Counted from the first letter of the stretch, positions 26,820 to 45,088 are shown. The stretch is DNA of 64,000 nucleotides from Eledone cirrhosa (GCA_964016885.1 OZ024740.1:116188001-116252000); one strand, 5' to 3'. Numbers and translations: made by a program. Notes: generated by a model not told the origin, from the sequence alone.

Positions 26820-27110
26820 GTTGATTGCTACTTCTTGTCGTAAGACTGCCATCCCTTCATTGAACATGGCACGATTATGTGGCCGCAGGTGACTTTTCTG
26901 AACCGCTTTTGTTTTGAAAGCACGTTCACAGATGTGACACTTGATCTGTCTATCTCCTGGCAATACCGGCTGAAGTGTGTCTTCAAGCATTCTACCATGT
27001 CTAGTCAGTCGACCAGCTGACTTGCAAATTAAGCCACACTCATTGCAAATGAACCGTGCTTGTGCGTCTGTGCGTGGCAGTAGAACCATCCCACAAGCGG
27101 CTCGATTTCT
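26820..27110 (-). mobile_element. RTE-type LINE 3' fragment with two C2H2-like fingers
   Basis: CNECGLICKSAGRLTRH and CHICERAFKTKAVQKSHLRPH, similar to the C-terminus at 41163-41918. Confidence 0.6.
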
Positions 27111-27145
27111 ACACAGACACACACACACACATATATATATATACA

Positions 27146-27266
27146 CAGGGTGGCCTAAAAGTCGCAATACATAGGAAATTTTTAAGTTTCCATATTTATT
27201 TTGAATAAATTGTTTCTTATAAAATATAATAATTTTTTTTTTATGTATCGCGATTTTTTGGCGATA
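27146..27266. mobile_element. Tc1/mariner-like MITE remnant
   Basis: Left end cagggtggcctaaaagtcgcaatacata is imperfectly inverted at tatgtatcgcgattttttggcg; TA context. Confidence 0.5.
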
Positions 27267-27276
27267 TGTATGTGTG

Positions 27277-27335
<59 letters not shown>

Positions 27336-27408
27336 GGTGTTGGATGCTTAAAGCGTCCCTATGCGGTAGGCCGTTTGAGCACTCGATGCTCTCATAGAGA
27401 AGAGTATG

Positions 27409-27647
27409 ATATCACAGAAAAAAAGAGAATCAGTGTTGCGACGAATGAAATTTATTGGACATATTACAATCGTGATTAGGAAAATCTGCTTCGTAGAATC
27501 AAGACGTATCTGAGGACCTTGCGATTTTCAGAGTCAGGTTCGATAATCACAACGATTGTGCCTCGAGCTGGTCGCCAGAGAAACGATTGTAATATGTCCA
27601 ATAAATTCCATTCGTCACAACACTGATTCTCTTTTTTTCTGTGATAT
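27409..27647. repeat. 65-bp inverted repeat in a (TA)n-flanked insert
   Basis: 27409-27473 versus 27583-27647, 2 mismatches. Confidence 0.85.
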
Positions 27648-27716
27648 ATATATGTCCCAAGGCTCTGATACCATCAACACCATAAACACAGAGCTGGCAT
27701 ATCTAAGAACTGACTA

Positions 27717-27772
27717 ACTGCCTGATGAGGTCATAGCCATTCAATGGCTATCATCGAAATATATATAGCAGT
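27717..27772 (+). ncRNA. type I hammerhead ribozyme (intact core)
   Basis: actgc-CTGATGA-ggtcatagcca ttcaa tggctatcatc-GAAA-tatata-TA-gcagt, followed by aataaa. Confidence 0.85.
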
Positions 27773-27817
27773 AAATAAAGGATTATGAGTTCATGCAATT
27801 GACTTATGTTTCGTCAC

Positions 27818-27872
<55 letters not shown>

Positions 27873-28032
27873 AAAGTTTATATTGAGTTAAAAACTCAGA
27901 ATAGTCCCTTACAATTAAAATAGCTCAAGGAAAAATATTTCCGAGCCTTATAATATAATTTAATATAATAAAGAGAGATAATCAGTGATGTTAGTTTAAA
28001 AGCGTATTGACTCTTTGATGCTTTTTAATCTT

Positions 28033-28190
<158 letters not shown>

Positions 28191-28281
28191 TGTGTGTAAC
28201 TGTTTCATTGCTATCTCAATGCATCATGGAAAAAAATGAAGAGAATAAAGGGTGAATAAAAAAGAAAGAAAAGAAAAAGTA

Positions 28282-28535
28282 AATAATTGTTTCTACTATT
28301 GGCACAAGGCCAGAAATTACCCAGTACATTACTGGTACTTTATTTTATCGACCCCGTAAGGATGAAAGGCAAGTAAATAATGGTTTCTATTTTGACACAA
28401 GGTCAGCAATTTACTGCCAAAGTTGAATACTGGATTGGTACTTTATTTTATCAACCCCGGCGAGATTTGAACTCATAAAACAAAGAACCTAATCAAATAC
28501 TGCTAAACATTTGTCTGTCGCTGCAATGATTCTGG
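28282..28535 (-). mobile_element. two tandem SINE S1 fragments
   Basis: ataattgtttcta..ggtactttattttatcgacccc motif twice. Confidence 0.75.
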
Positions 28536-28619
28536 GAAGGAAATAAGAAAAGTTAACAATTTAGAGTGCAATAATAAGTACTGAATAGGTTAAACTGTTC
28601 ACTCCACTATTATATTGGA

Positions 28620-28830
28620 TTCCCGACTGCGCGATGTGTTCTTGAGCAAGGCATTTTATTCTATGTTGCTCCAGTGCACTTAGCTGGTAAAAAGGAGTTA
28701 CACCTGTAATTTAAAGGGCTAGCTTTATCACACACTGAGTCGCTGAATGTCTCCGTGAATTAAGTTAAGGAGGGCACGTGCCTGTAAAATGCTTAGTTAT
28801 TTGCACATTAATTTCACAACCAGTCTGTTC
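28620..28830 (+). mobile_element. degenerate SINE family S3
   Basis: cttgagcaagg..acctgtaatttaaaggg..ttaatttcac, shared with 54208-54370 and 56160-56580. Confidence 0.5.
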
Positions 28831-29659
28831 CGTTTGTCAACTGAGGTCCAATATGTATATATATACATATATAAACATATATGTGTGTGAGAGAGAGAGG
28901 GGGAGGGAGGGAGGGAGAGAGAGGGAGAGAGAGGGAAAGAGAGAGAGAGAGAAAAAAAGAGAAAGAGTGTGTGTGTGTGTGTGTGTGTGTGCGTATGTGT
29001 GTGTGTGTGATCAGAATTAAATATGTCAAATAGACATTTAACAGAAGTCATACATTGTGAGAGTAAGTCAAATTATTTTTGTAGGTTTTTCTTTATCAGA
29101 AGAGAGAAGGTTGCGATTATGGAATGACTGCAGCTGCAATGTTCAGAAAATGTATTCTCAGATTCGATAATAAAAGATTAATGGTGAGACATATAAATTA
29201 AACCTTCGGCTTATTGCAAAATAATGTTTTCTAATGAAGGCACAAGGACTGCAATTTGTGGGGAAGACAAAGTTGATTCCATCACGGTATAACAACATAC
29301 GGCAAAGCATTTGTCCGGTGCTCTAACAACTCTGTCAATTCACCGGCCTCTTGTTTACAACATAATACAATTGAAAATGTGTCTAGGGAAGGGATTAAAA
29401 GTCATTTACTGTTAACCATCAACACTTCTCTTGTCTAAAGCTAAGAAGAATGTCACGATATGCATTGAAATAATGAGTAATCTACAGTTTTTGTCCCCTA
29501 AATACTAAGGTGAATCATATCCTTAAATATCAGTAGACTTGACTCGTATAAAATTGTTTAGAAAATAGTTTGTTTGGAACAGAGAAATACTGATATATTG
29601 CTTACATATTGAATTAATCAGATAAAAGGTGTTTGAACATTCCAGGGTGCACAGTAATA

Positions 29660-29931
<272 letters not shown>

Positions 29932-30369
29932 CGTGTATGAATTTACGTTTGTTTCTGTGTCTGTGTCTGCGTTTATGTCCCGTAAGGTAGCGGCTTGACA
30001 AAAAGGAGATCAATAAAATAAATACACGACTTGAAAAACTTAATACTGAGTCACTGTGATATTCATTCTTTTGATACCAAACCGCTTTCGGTTCCAGGAT
30101 GCAAAAGTGCGTGTTTTTAAGTGTTTATATTTATCTAAAAACATTCCATAATAATTTTATGTAAGAACCTTTATTAAGTTATGTTCCAAATACTAGCTTA
30201 ATAGTGATAAGGTTAGTTATATTACCAAATCCATACAAATTCGTGATTATTTTCAAAGTTATTTGAAAATTATTGACTGCTTTCATGACAAATATGACAA
30301 TAAAAAAGTTAAGGTTATTTGTATAATATTTAAGCCATGGCATATCGTGATATTCAAACACATAATACA

Positions 30370-30688
30370 AGTCCGGCGCTACATATAAGGTACATTATTG
30401 TACATTATAAATTTCATTAACTTTCCTACGATCAATAAATATATCACTAAACATCTTTTCTGTGTAGCAGAATTGGAGTGGGCGGTTTCGTTTGACGACC
30501 TCTCACGTAATTTAGCATGGGTGGGTATGGACTGTATAGCGGTGAATGTAGGCTAAGTAATTTTTTTAGTGCGGTCAGAAGTGTAAAAAAATGGGCTCAA
30601 AATCTTATCAAACCGTAAGGTGAAATTATTTAATTTTATTTTGAAAAAAGGGGGCTCACATTATAAAATACCAAGGCCCCGGCACTGA
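30370..30688. mobile_element. degenerate MITE-like element (second copy at about 43030-43415)
   Basis: Colinear blocks atcactaaacatcttt, acct.tcac, aatgtag.ct.agtaattt and aaacc.taag.tgaaat in both copies. Confidence 0.5.
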
Positions 30689-31126
30689 ATATATGGGATT
30701 GATACGTTTGATGAAATATATAACCTATAGAATACTGTGTGGACAATATATCGAACTTATTAATTATGGAATACCGTAATGGCAATGTATCTACATTATT
30801 AATTATAGAATACCGTCGTGGCAATATGAATGATTAATTATGTAATAAAGATTTGGTAGAAGCTACTTAAAGTGTTTTTGTTGGAAGAACATGAAATGGT
30901 TGATGTCAGGTTGGAATAATTGTGATGCAGCTGTATCTACAGAATTGTGGAACAATATGAGTGGGATGTAATCTACGTATGAAGTTGTGTGATTGTGTGA
31001 TGGTGTATGATTTATTAGTGTGCGGAAACGTCGTATGTATGTGTATGGGGTACGTGCATGCTTGTGTGTTCGTATGTATGTATACATATATACCTACACC
31101 CCTCCCCATATATATATATATACATA

Positions 31127-31193
<67 letters not shown>

Positions 31194-31414
31194 GTATATA
31201 TGCATATACAGTGAGTAAGGGGACAGATTTTTACGACACTTCATTCGGGAAATTGCAAATTCTGGGTGTTGTCCACATACACTCCATAGACTTGCCAAGT
31301 GGTGAGGTATTTTGTGTTAAGTAAACTGTTACATACTTAATATGGTGACTTAGATATTAAAAAATAACTTTAACCAATTTAGACTTTAGACCCATTGAGA
31401 GGAACTTGCATGTG

Positions 31415-31445
<31 letters not shown>

Positions 31446-31491
31446 ATATCTATCTATCTATTTATTTATCCATTTATCTATCTATCTAACT

Positions 31492-31586
<95 letters not shown>

Positions 31587-31671
31587 TTATTTCCGCATGA
31601 CGTATTTCCGTATTACCAGTGGTTTCAAGACGTAAACACCTCTCGCCAGATGCGTGATGAATATATATATA

Positions 31672-31773
<102 letters not shown>

Positions 31774-32421
31774 TTTTTTTTAAAGCAATACAATCAGGGG
31801 TGATAACTCAAAAATTTCAAAAAAGTCAAGATCAGTTGACTGGACTAAAATCTGAATTAATTTAAACTGGAAATAGGCAAGCCGAGTGTGAGGAAACATT
31901 TTTCTTAGCAGCCATATGGTTTGTGTTATTTCTTAAGGAGGTGTTGAATACTTTGTGTATGAGTGGATAGCGGAGAATGAATTCCAAATTTTGCTGATGT
32001 CGGAGAAAGATAAGACGACGCTGGTGTGAGTGTTACTTGGTAAAGACGTTATTCAGTTTTATAGTTTTACTGTGAGCACGTTGGAACATCGCCACCAATG
32101 GGTTTGATCAATTATTCTGATGCCACAAATTACTTTTTCAAGACTGGTACTTGTTTTATCGATCACTTTGTTTTTCCGAACCTCTAGATAGTGACACAAA
32201 CGGAAACTCAGACACCGACACACACACAGACACAGTCACAGACAGTCACAGACACAGACACATACACAGACACACACACACACAGGCACACACATACATA
32301 TATATTTACACACATATATGCATATCTACACATCCATGTATACATACCTCCCCCCCTCTCTCTATATATATATATAACAATACAAGGACGATTTGTTAAG
32401 CCGTCATTACGTTTATTGATT

Positions 32422-32500
32422 GGTGACGCACGTTTCGCTATTGATCAGCTCAAAGTTCGATCTGTATCAAGTCCGACTGGAATCAAAAGCTCGTCGGACC
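32422..32500 (-). ncRNA. degenerate hammerhead-like fold (core CCGACGA); related copy at about 39975-40050
   Basis: ggt-CCGACGA-gcttttgat..atcaatagc-GAAA-cgtgcg-TC-acc. Confidence 0.45.
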
Positions 32501-32533
32501 TCTGCTGTTGTATATATTGTCTATATATATATA

Positions 32534-32568
<35 letters not shown>

Positions 32569-32756
32569 GAAAAAGAATGACCCCGACGGCAGAGCTCAAG
32601 CCGTTTCGACGGCTATTTCTGGACAGAAATAGCCGTCGAAACGGCTTGAGCTCTGCCGTCGGGGTCATACTTTTTCCTATTTCCCACTCTACTACCCTAA
32701 GTATTGAATACTCTGGTACGTTATGGTCCATCTGGTTCCTTACCACAATTCCTTTG

Positions 32757-32757
<1 letters not shown>
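32569..32757. mobile_element. family D copy 4
   Basis: 53-bp arms 32569-32621/32624-32676 (1 mismatch) plus the unique tail; (TA)n flanks. Confidence 0.85.
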
Positions 32758-32795
<38 letters not shown>

Positions 32796-33249
32796 CAGCA
32801 ACATTAACATGGCTTGATTCGAAATAGAGCTGTGTATGAAAACATATACGATATATTTATGTATAATAAACATATATGAGTCTCGCTATGCACCCCTATT
32901 ATGGATCACGCAATGTTGGGGTTACTGCTAATTAATACTAGTCAAATCAAACCTGCAGAGTATGCATCTTCAGCAGATGCAAAATGTATATAAGCAATAG
33001 CTTATTCTTGTCTCTGTACCAAGTGAGTATACGCCATTGATGATGGTTAAAACATCTTAAAACACTAGTGTTGTCTGACGTTATCACGCAGCCACTGAGA
33101 TAGCTGTGACATGATTACAGATTAAGACGTATATATGCTTATGTTACATACACATCTATATGCTTTTATATACAGCTCTACAAATAGATATATATATCGG
33201 GCCCCACACATGCACTCATACAAACACCACACACACATACATTCACTCC

Positions 33250-35696
<2,447 letters not shown>

Positions 35697-35736
35697 GATA
35701 TTAAATAAATGGAAACTATATTTATAAAACCATATT

Positions 35737-35797
35737 TATTCTATAATATATATTTCAAGGGTACCAAAACTTTGGTACGCTCTCATCAGATAAAATA
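35737..35797 (-). ncRNA. type I hammerhead ribozyme (intact core) at the PLE2 3' end
   Basis: tattttat-CTGATGA-gagcgtaccaaa gt tttggtaccctt-GAAA-tatata-TT-atagaata. Confidence 0.8.
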
Positions 35798-36963
35798 CAA
35801 AGGTTGTTTTATAAATGTTGACATAACCAAGAAAAGATACCTTAACGGTTCAAGTTTTTCTTGGATAGAGAAGGAAAAGAGAAGAAAAGTCAGATATTTC
35901 AAATTATTAAGATGAGTATGCAAATGAGGTTGAGGTATAGGGCTGAAAAAACGTTATTTTTAGACGCTATGCAGAATTTAAATAATTAGGATATATGTAT
36001 GTATAAGTAGGAAGAAGAAAAAAAGAAAGAAGAGCTTGTATTTACGTTAATTTAAAAGGAATTAACAATTTGCGGGAATGGTGGAATATGATTCCAGAAT
36101 TTAAATTTATTTAGCTATATTATGAGTTATAATATTGTATATATAATCAATTAGATTATATGAAGAATTATGGTTGTAAGTAGATTTTATCTTATTACAT
36201 TACAACAGGTTGTAAGTATATAAATATCTATATAGATTAATAATTGTGCATGTATAAGTATTATAGAAATAGAAATAAGTTACAATTATTAGTTGTTAAC
36301 ATTTCTCATGTGAGTTACGAAGGATATTGATTCTGCATTTTACATAAAAAGAAACATGTAGTTCAAGTTCTAAGAGGAGAACAATTTGTAGATTCAAATA
36401 TTTTGTTCCAACATTGAAAATGTTTTCAGAATATTGTTAATTTAGCGAAGTTATATAGTTTATCATACATATTATATCATAATATAATGTTTATGTTTGC
36501 ACGATTGAAAAGGAAAAGATAACTCCAATCTTGTTTGCTAACCGTTAAATTTGATGAATGATTTACTCAGAAAATATATAGAGAAAATTATATATTATTT
36601 TGTGTGAGATTAATTTTAATTATATATTATTTTAGTCGAAAGATGTGTGAAAGTTTGAAGATCAAAGAAGAGGAAAAAAGTAATGTGCATTTCGAAGAAC
36701 TATCGTAAAGAGGATAAACTTTCAGAATCTCAATTAAAGATTATCAATCTACGTCTAAAAAATATATATTTAGACGGGTATCATTGAGAAAATAATATCA
36801 AATGGTAAAAATAGTAAAAATATTACAAAAATATTACAAAAATATTACAAAATTAAGAAGGAAGATCATTTTTAAAAAAATAAATTAAATTTTTAAAGAA
36901 AGTACTCAGTAAATAATAGGATCATTTTAAAGGTGTATAAGATATAGTCAAGTGTAATGAATA

Positions 36964-37419
36964 TCATAAATTAAAAATACTTCTGAAAGTGGCATTTTGA
37001 CAATGTCTGCAACTAGAAAATAATTCCGTTTTAAGATTAATAGAGTTTTGACAGTTAATTATACTAAAAATGTCCTCGATACACAAGTTACAGAATCTTG
37101 AGAAAGCCATATTTCGGTATGCAGGTGCTTTCGAAATCGTTCTCCAAGATATTGAATAGTCTATATTGTTGTCTTTTAAATTCCAAATTAAGTGTGAAAG
37201 TGAAGTGGAAGATTTTTTATCGGATCTATTAAATGTGTGTTTATGGTTATACCAGCGTTCTTTGAATTTTGTAGAAGTGGCACCAATATAGTTAAATATT
37301 TCATCTTTAGTTTTAACTGTGCATTTATAAATTACGTTTTTGTCTAAGCAAATATTTTGTAAAGGGCAGTTTGATTTAATTCTACAGTTACATTTTCCAG
37401 AAAACTTGTCGAGTACTCT
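36964..37419 (-). pseudogene. PLE GIY-YIG endonuclease domain (not in the ORF track)
   Basis: Manual translation: GKCNCRIKSNCPLQNICLDKNVIYKCTVKTKDEIFNYIGATSTKFKERWYNHKHTF..TSLSHLIWNLK..FCNLCIED..NLKTELFSSCRH..stop. Confidence 0.9.
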
Positions 37420-37478
37420 GAATCAGTTATAAACATTTATATTTGTTGAATTAACAACAAATAGTTATCCCTTTTGCT

Positions 37479-37556
<78 letters not shown>

Positions 37557-37567
37557 TATATATATAT

Positions 37568-38027
<460 letters not shown>

Positions 38028-38035
38028 GAAAGATA

Positions 38036-38212
38036 ATAATAATTGTTTCTACATTTGGCACAAGGCCAACGATTATCCCAGTGTATTACTGGTGATTTAT
38101 TTTTTCGACTCCGTAAGGATGAAAGCCAAAGTTAACCTCGGCGGGGCCATAAAGGGCCGTAACTCTTTGCTGATAAGCATGCGGTCCGACCCTCTACCGA
38201 TATTGCCAATCC
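38036..38212 (-). mobile_element. SINE S1
   Basis: S1 motifs on the minus strand. Confidence 0.75.
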
Positions 38213-38350
38213 GCAACAGGTAACTAACTTCTTCGTTTCCTTCATATTACCCTTCTTTTTTGCATATGTGTGTGTGCGAGTATATAATGTCTTAGCCTTT
38301 TCATTTTCTACATTATATACTATACTCAATGCTTCAAGCAAACTACAATT

Positions 38351-38399
<49 letters not shown>

Positions 38400-38425
38400 A
38401 ATCGACTTATGTATTTATATATCAC

Positions 38426-38606
<181 letters not shown>

Positions 38607-38698
38607 AGAGGGAGAGGGAGAGAGAGAGAGAGAACGCACGAACACCTTAAATACATACATATATGTAAATTCACATCCGCACACAGACATACACATAC

Positions 38699-38758
<60 letters not shown>

Positions 38759-39669
38759 TAAATCATAAAAAAGGCTCCATTCGGTCACGAAAGACCATGG
38801 GATTTTCACCTAGAAAGTTCCCTTCCAAGTCACAAGCCCGGACAAGGTTGTTTGTGGAAGAACAGCAGTTGTCCATGCATACCTGTCTCCCCCCTCTACG
38901 CCTCCGATGGTGTCCAAGGACACAGCACACGGTTTACAAAACGAACTCACAACCACTCGATGTAAGCTCAATGCTCTAATCACTAAGTCATGTTAAGTCG
39001 TAGGCTAAGCTTAATTACAGGAAACAGCGACGAGAGGTGCAAAATCCCTAGAGTATATTTCAATATTTATATTTCCCACAGTAGTGGAAATAGCACAAGA
39101 AAGCTGCCAGAAATAAATGAATGGAGAGATAATTACTGACGGATTAATTAGTTGCTAATGAGTAGTTCGTCTGACAATTACAATTTTCTTCATTTTTATT
39201 TACTTTATTTCTTTCTTTTCATTTTTCATCAATTGCAGCAGCGACACGCTAAAAAGTTTCCTGAACAACGAGTATGAACTGAAAGGAAATCTAAAACTAT
39301 TTATACTCATTGTCTCTAATAAAGCTAAATACAAACACACACACACACACATACATTCACACACACACATTCACATACACACACACGTATATATATATAT
39401 AGATATATATATATATTCTGGAGGAAACGGTGACAGTAACGTCGAAGTTTCAGTGAGTGCCTTTTCTGACTTCAGACAAAAGAAGCACTAACCGGAACAT
39501 TGAAGTTACCATTTCTTCAAAAAATAATCTTACACTCTGCTTAGGTGTATTGAGTGCTCATCAGTAAATGTTTGAACATTTCATGTATGCTAATATATAC
39601 TAGTATTTAAAGCAAACATTTTTAGTATATGCATATGCATAATATGTATACAAAGACACACACACACGC

Positions 39670-39950
<281 letters not shown>

Positions 39951-40054
39951 CTTCATTACGTTTATTGTGTAGTGAGGCGCGTTTCGCTATTGATCAGCTC
40001 AAGGTTCGATCTGTATCGATCTAGGCCGACTCTGGAATCAAAAGCTCGGACGTA

Positions 40055-40115
<61 letters not shown>

Positions 40116-40456
40116 GCCTCTGTCCCTTTTTTTGTCTTTGAAGGTCATTCAGCCATTTCTATCAACTATTATTTTTAGCGATCGACTGTCCTTACAGTTA
40201 TAATTTCCGTTTTGGGAAAGCTGTCACAATACAGATAACTATAAATAATAATTAAATAGGTCGGGTAAAGTACTTTTGCTAATGGAAAAACCCCCCGAAA
40301 GAAGCGCCTTTGGATATCGAATCAAGCGTGTGTGTGTATGTGTGTGCGTGTGTGTGCCCGCATATATCTATATCTATATATACATACATACATACATACA
40401 TGATGATGGCTGCCCCCTCGTTATCGAGTATGGCCATTGCACGAGAAAAAAAAAAA

Positions 40457-40492
<36 letters not shown>

Positions 40493-40646
40493 AAAAGAAA
40501 AAATATATATATATAATGCAATGAAATATTTATGATCGTCTGCAAATCACTGATGAGGGAGTCATTTTATTACATGTTAACCATGCGCTACCTGCAGTAT
40601 TTTTCTCCATATTTTATTATATATTAAACTTTAATCTGTTATTTTA

Positions 40647-40691
<45 letters not shown>

Positions 40692-40908
40692 GAAACACAC
40701 AGATACATGCGGACACACACATATATACATGAATGCATCCGCACCCAACTGTGAGTTAAGGGTGCCAACTTCACCGATGTTGCTCAATGAATGACTGGGA
40801 CAGACCAATTCAGTTTGAACCAGACTGAACCAGTATCAGAGTTAAAAATACATTATGAAGAGAGAAGAAACATTTAGATATAATTAGTAATAAAATGTAT
40901 CATACCTA

Positions 40909-40963
<55 letters not shown>

Positions 40964-41023
40964 CATACACATATACACACATACACTCACACACACATAT
41001 ACACACACACATACATTAATAAC

Positions 41024-41061
<38 letters not shown>

Positions 41062-41154
41062 CAATAATAATAACGACAACAACAATAATAATATACATAT
41101 ACATATATATACACACACACGCACACACATAAGCATATCTACACACACACACAC

Positions 41155-41935
41155 GATAGCAACTAACAGCGCTGCGATCGAATGTGGCTTTTTAGCCCAG
41201 CCAATGATCTAAAATGTCTTGCACAGAGTCGGCAACCAAAACATTCACTGGGAATAGTCGGCTGTGGTTGGAGTTCATGTACTTTTGCATGTCGCTTGAG
41301 CCCTCCTGCTGATTTACATTCTCTACCCCATGTTTGGCAAGCATGATGAGTAGCATCTCCAACAGCAGCCTGGTAGTCAACCACTGGTCTTACTTTATGA
41401 CTGCGAAGATGACTTTCGAGTCCAGCTTTGCTTAGGCAGAGTCTCGCACATACGCTGCATGTCAGCACCATAGGAGGACCCTCGCCGTCTGGAAGTGCAA
41501 CAGCAATGCCTTTCCTCACATCCCGCTTTACTTTCTCGTATGCGATTCGAGATGCCCCAAAGGCAACTTTTCCCTCATATACAGTCTTTCTCCATTTATT
41601 ACGATCAGCAGCAATATTCTCCCATGTATCAGCAGAGATGTTAGCGTCTTTCAGAGAGGCTTTCAAGGAATCCTTATACCTCTTTTTGGGTTTATGTGGC
41701 GTTCGTTTTCCTTTAACCAACTCTCCATAAAAGAGTTGTTTTGGTATTCGAGAATCCTTCATCCTGGCAAGGTGACCACTCCAACGGAGTCGTTGGTTAA
41801 GCACAAGAGCTTCTATACTGTCACACATAGAGCTTTCCAAAATCTCGACATCACTGATGTGGTCCCTCCAGTGAACGCCATGGATCCGTCCGAGACACAT
41901 CTGATGGAAACGCTCCAATTACTTAAGGTGGTGGT
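41155..41935 (-). mobile_element. RTE-clade LINE 3' fragment with three C2H2-like fingers
   Basis: ERFHQMCL..RLRWSGHLARMKDSRIPKQLFYGEL..KRYKDSLK..A.DR..WR, then three C-x2-C..H motifs. Confidence 0.85.
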
Positions 41936-42603
41936 ACATACATACATACATACATACATACATACATACATACATACATACATACATACATACATACATA
42001 CATTAACACAACATCGGATGAATGAAATTAAAGCGTAAAAACATCGCTTCACGTAGAAATGGCAGAGATAGTTTGTTTTAAGTTCAAAGTCCTTGAAAAG
42101 TAATTCTTAAGTTCTGATATGTGAACAGAATGACGGTAGCTCAGTTCTCTAGAAGTAGACGTGAAATAACAAGTATTTTGAAATAACTATAGGTAGTAAT
42201 TACCTGAGAATAGCACGCTAAAGTGTATATATTAATTAACCTCATAGAATGTAGTTTTCGTCAGTATTAATTAACGTGTTAACTACGTTGATTAAATAAT
42301 GATCTCACAGCTTTCTTTCTGCGAAGAAACGCCTAAATTAAATAACAACGAACTGAATGACGAGTTTTAAGTTCAACTAATTAACGAGTCAAACCTTAAC
42401 TACATTGACTGAAAGCTTATATTAATAGAAATGGTAGACAGAGGATAAACAATAATCAGCTATTATTATGATGTGTCTTAGATAAATAGAATAATAAATA
42501 GTGAATCAACTAATACTGTGATGTATCTTGGGTAAGTCTTAAGTATAAATAATAAATAGTGTGTCATCTATTAGTGTGACGTGTCTTAGTTATGTCAGAT
42601 ATT

Positions 42604-42920
42604 CAATAATTGTTTCTACTTTTGGCACAAAGCCAGCAAATACCCCAGTGCATTACTGGTACTTTATTTTATCGACCCTGTAAGGATGAAAGGCAAAGTT
42701 AACCTCGGCGGGATTTGAACTCAGAATAGCAAGGGCTGTAACTCTATGCGTCAAAGCATGGCGTCCGACCCTCTACTGATACTGCCAATTCATCGCCCTT
42801 CAAATATTCAATAATTGTTTCTACTTTAGGCACAAGGCCAGCAATTACCCAGTGCATTACTGGTACTTTATTTTATCGACCCCGGAAGGATGAAAGGCAA
42901 AGTCAACCTCGGCGGGATTA
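42604..42920 (-). mobile_element. tandem SINE S1 pair in an about 55-bp degenerate minisatellite
   Basis: Full copy 42604-42802 and partial copy 42806-42920; atattcaataat duplicated. Confidence 0.8.
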
Positions 42921-44583
42921 ATAAACAGTAATCAGCTATTGGCATAATGTATCTTAGACATAAAATAATAGATACTGAATCAACTATTGCTATGATATGT
43001 CTTGGGTACTAGGTAATAAAAAATGAATGCCTAGGGCACAGACCTCAGAGAAGCACATTACTGAGCCCTAAAGAATCATATTTCTTATTGTTTTAAAATT
43101 TTGTATAATTTAATTGAATATATGATAAATACTTGCGATTAATAAATAAATCACTAAACATCTTTGTCGCATAGCAAACCGCGGAGAGGGTCGTATGGTG
43201 TTATGACCTGTCACATGATTTGACACGGGTGAATGAGGCTTGTTGTGTAAAAAATGTAGACTTAGTAATTTACTTGGTGTGGTCATTGTTAAAAACTGTT
43301 AAAAACTAGGTTCGTCAGTTTACTAAACCATAAGTTGAAATCATTTTATTTGGGAGAGTGGGGCGCATATTGTAGAGCTAGCCTAGGGCGCTAAATATCC
43401 AGGAGCTGACCCTGATTGTACTGAATTATGTTATAAGATTGCAGTTATGTAAACTTCCTGTGAATGAAATGTTTGCCACATTTATTACATTTTCTTGATT
43501 ACTTGAGTTTTCTGTTTCAATCACTTTTCTACTTATTACTCTCCCTTTTTGTCTGATACCCTGTCTTAAAACACTATATTTTACACATTATATTTGGTCT
43601 TTTCTTTCATTATTTACTTTCTAGTTCTGATACCAAGCTCTCTCTCTTGTCACCGTCTCTTTTTACAGTAAAATTCTCAACACAATTTGTCTAAATGTTA
43701 TTGCCATTGTTTAATTTTTTTTTCTACAGGTTGATTCATATGAGGAATTGTTTGTCATTTCTTAGATCGAGGTGTTGGAAGGGTGTTGGTGTGTTTCAAA
43801 CGATTCTTTCGTACTTTTATTATCTTAAATGTTGTGTAGTTTCAATTTCTGTTCCATTAATCAAGGGGTATATATCTTCTATTCCTTTCAAACATCATAT
43901 TCCGATTTTAAAACTTCATGATATAATTTTGCGAATATAATCATTGATTCATTGCCAAAATAAAAACGAAACTAACTTTGACACGATAACAGTGCACTTT
44001 ATACATGTATGTATGTATGTATGTATGTATGTATGTATGTATGTATGTATCTATGTATGGATGGATGGATGGATGGATGGATGGATGGATAGATGGAAGC
44101 ATAGCTCATGAAGGAGTTGTAGGGGCGCCATAGTGACATACAGCATTTGGGGAGAATTTTTAAACTTGGTAGAGCCCATCCCTTCCCCAGGTCTGAAAAC
44201 AGCCGATTTTGTTTAAAGAAGGACTGAGAGAGATGTGGAAAGAAGCGAGAAAGAAATATAGAGAAAAACTGGGCTGGAGCTTTTTATTTGATCAATCTCG
44301 AAAGGATGAAAAGCAAAGTTGATTTCGGTGGGATTTGATTTGAACTCGGAAAGCATATAGCTAGAATGTATACCAGCGTTCTAATGACTTTGTCTGAGGT
44401 ATATACACATTTATTGCATATTTACGTGCACTGAGAGAGTAATGGTTAAGTATTTTGTCTACAGACAAAATAGGAGTATGAACCGTTGAGCCTTCGGTCA
44501 ATTATCTCTACCTACTATCGAATCGACAAATTGAACCTACATATACGTATATATTTCTACTATAGTTAGATGATCAGTGCCGT

Positions 44584-45088
<505 letters not shown>

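Noticed and set aside
31870-32130. Minus-strand SFSDISKIWNSF, resembling a CR1/L2 C-terminus
   Set aside because: Too short and degenerate to call.
40550-40600. CTGATGA upstream of a family B-like tail
   Set aside because: Could not be folded into a complete core.
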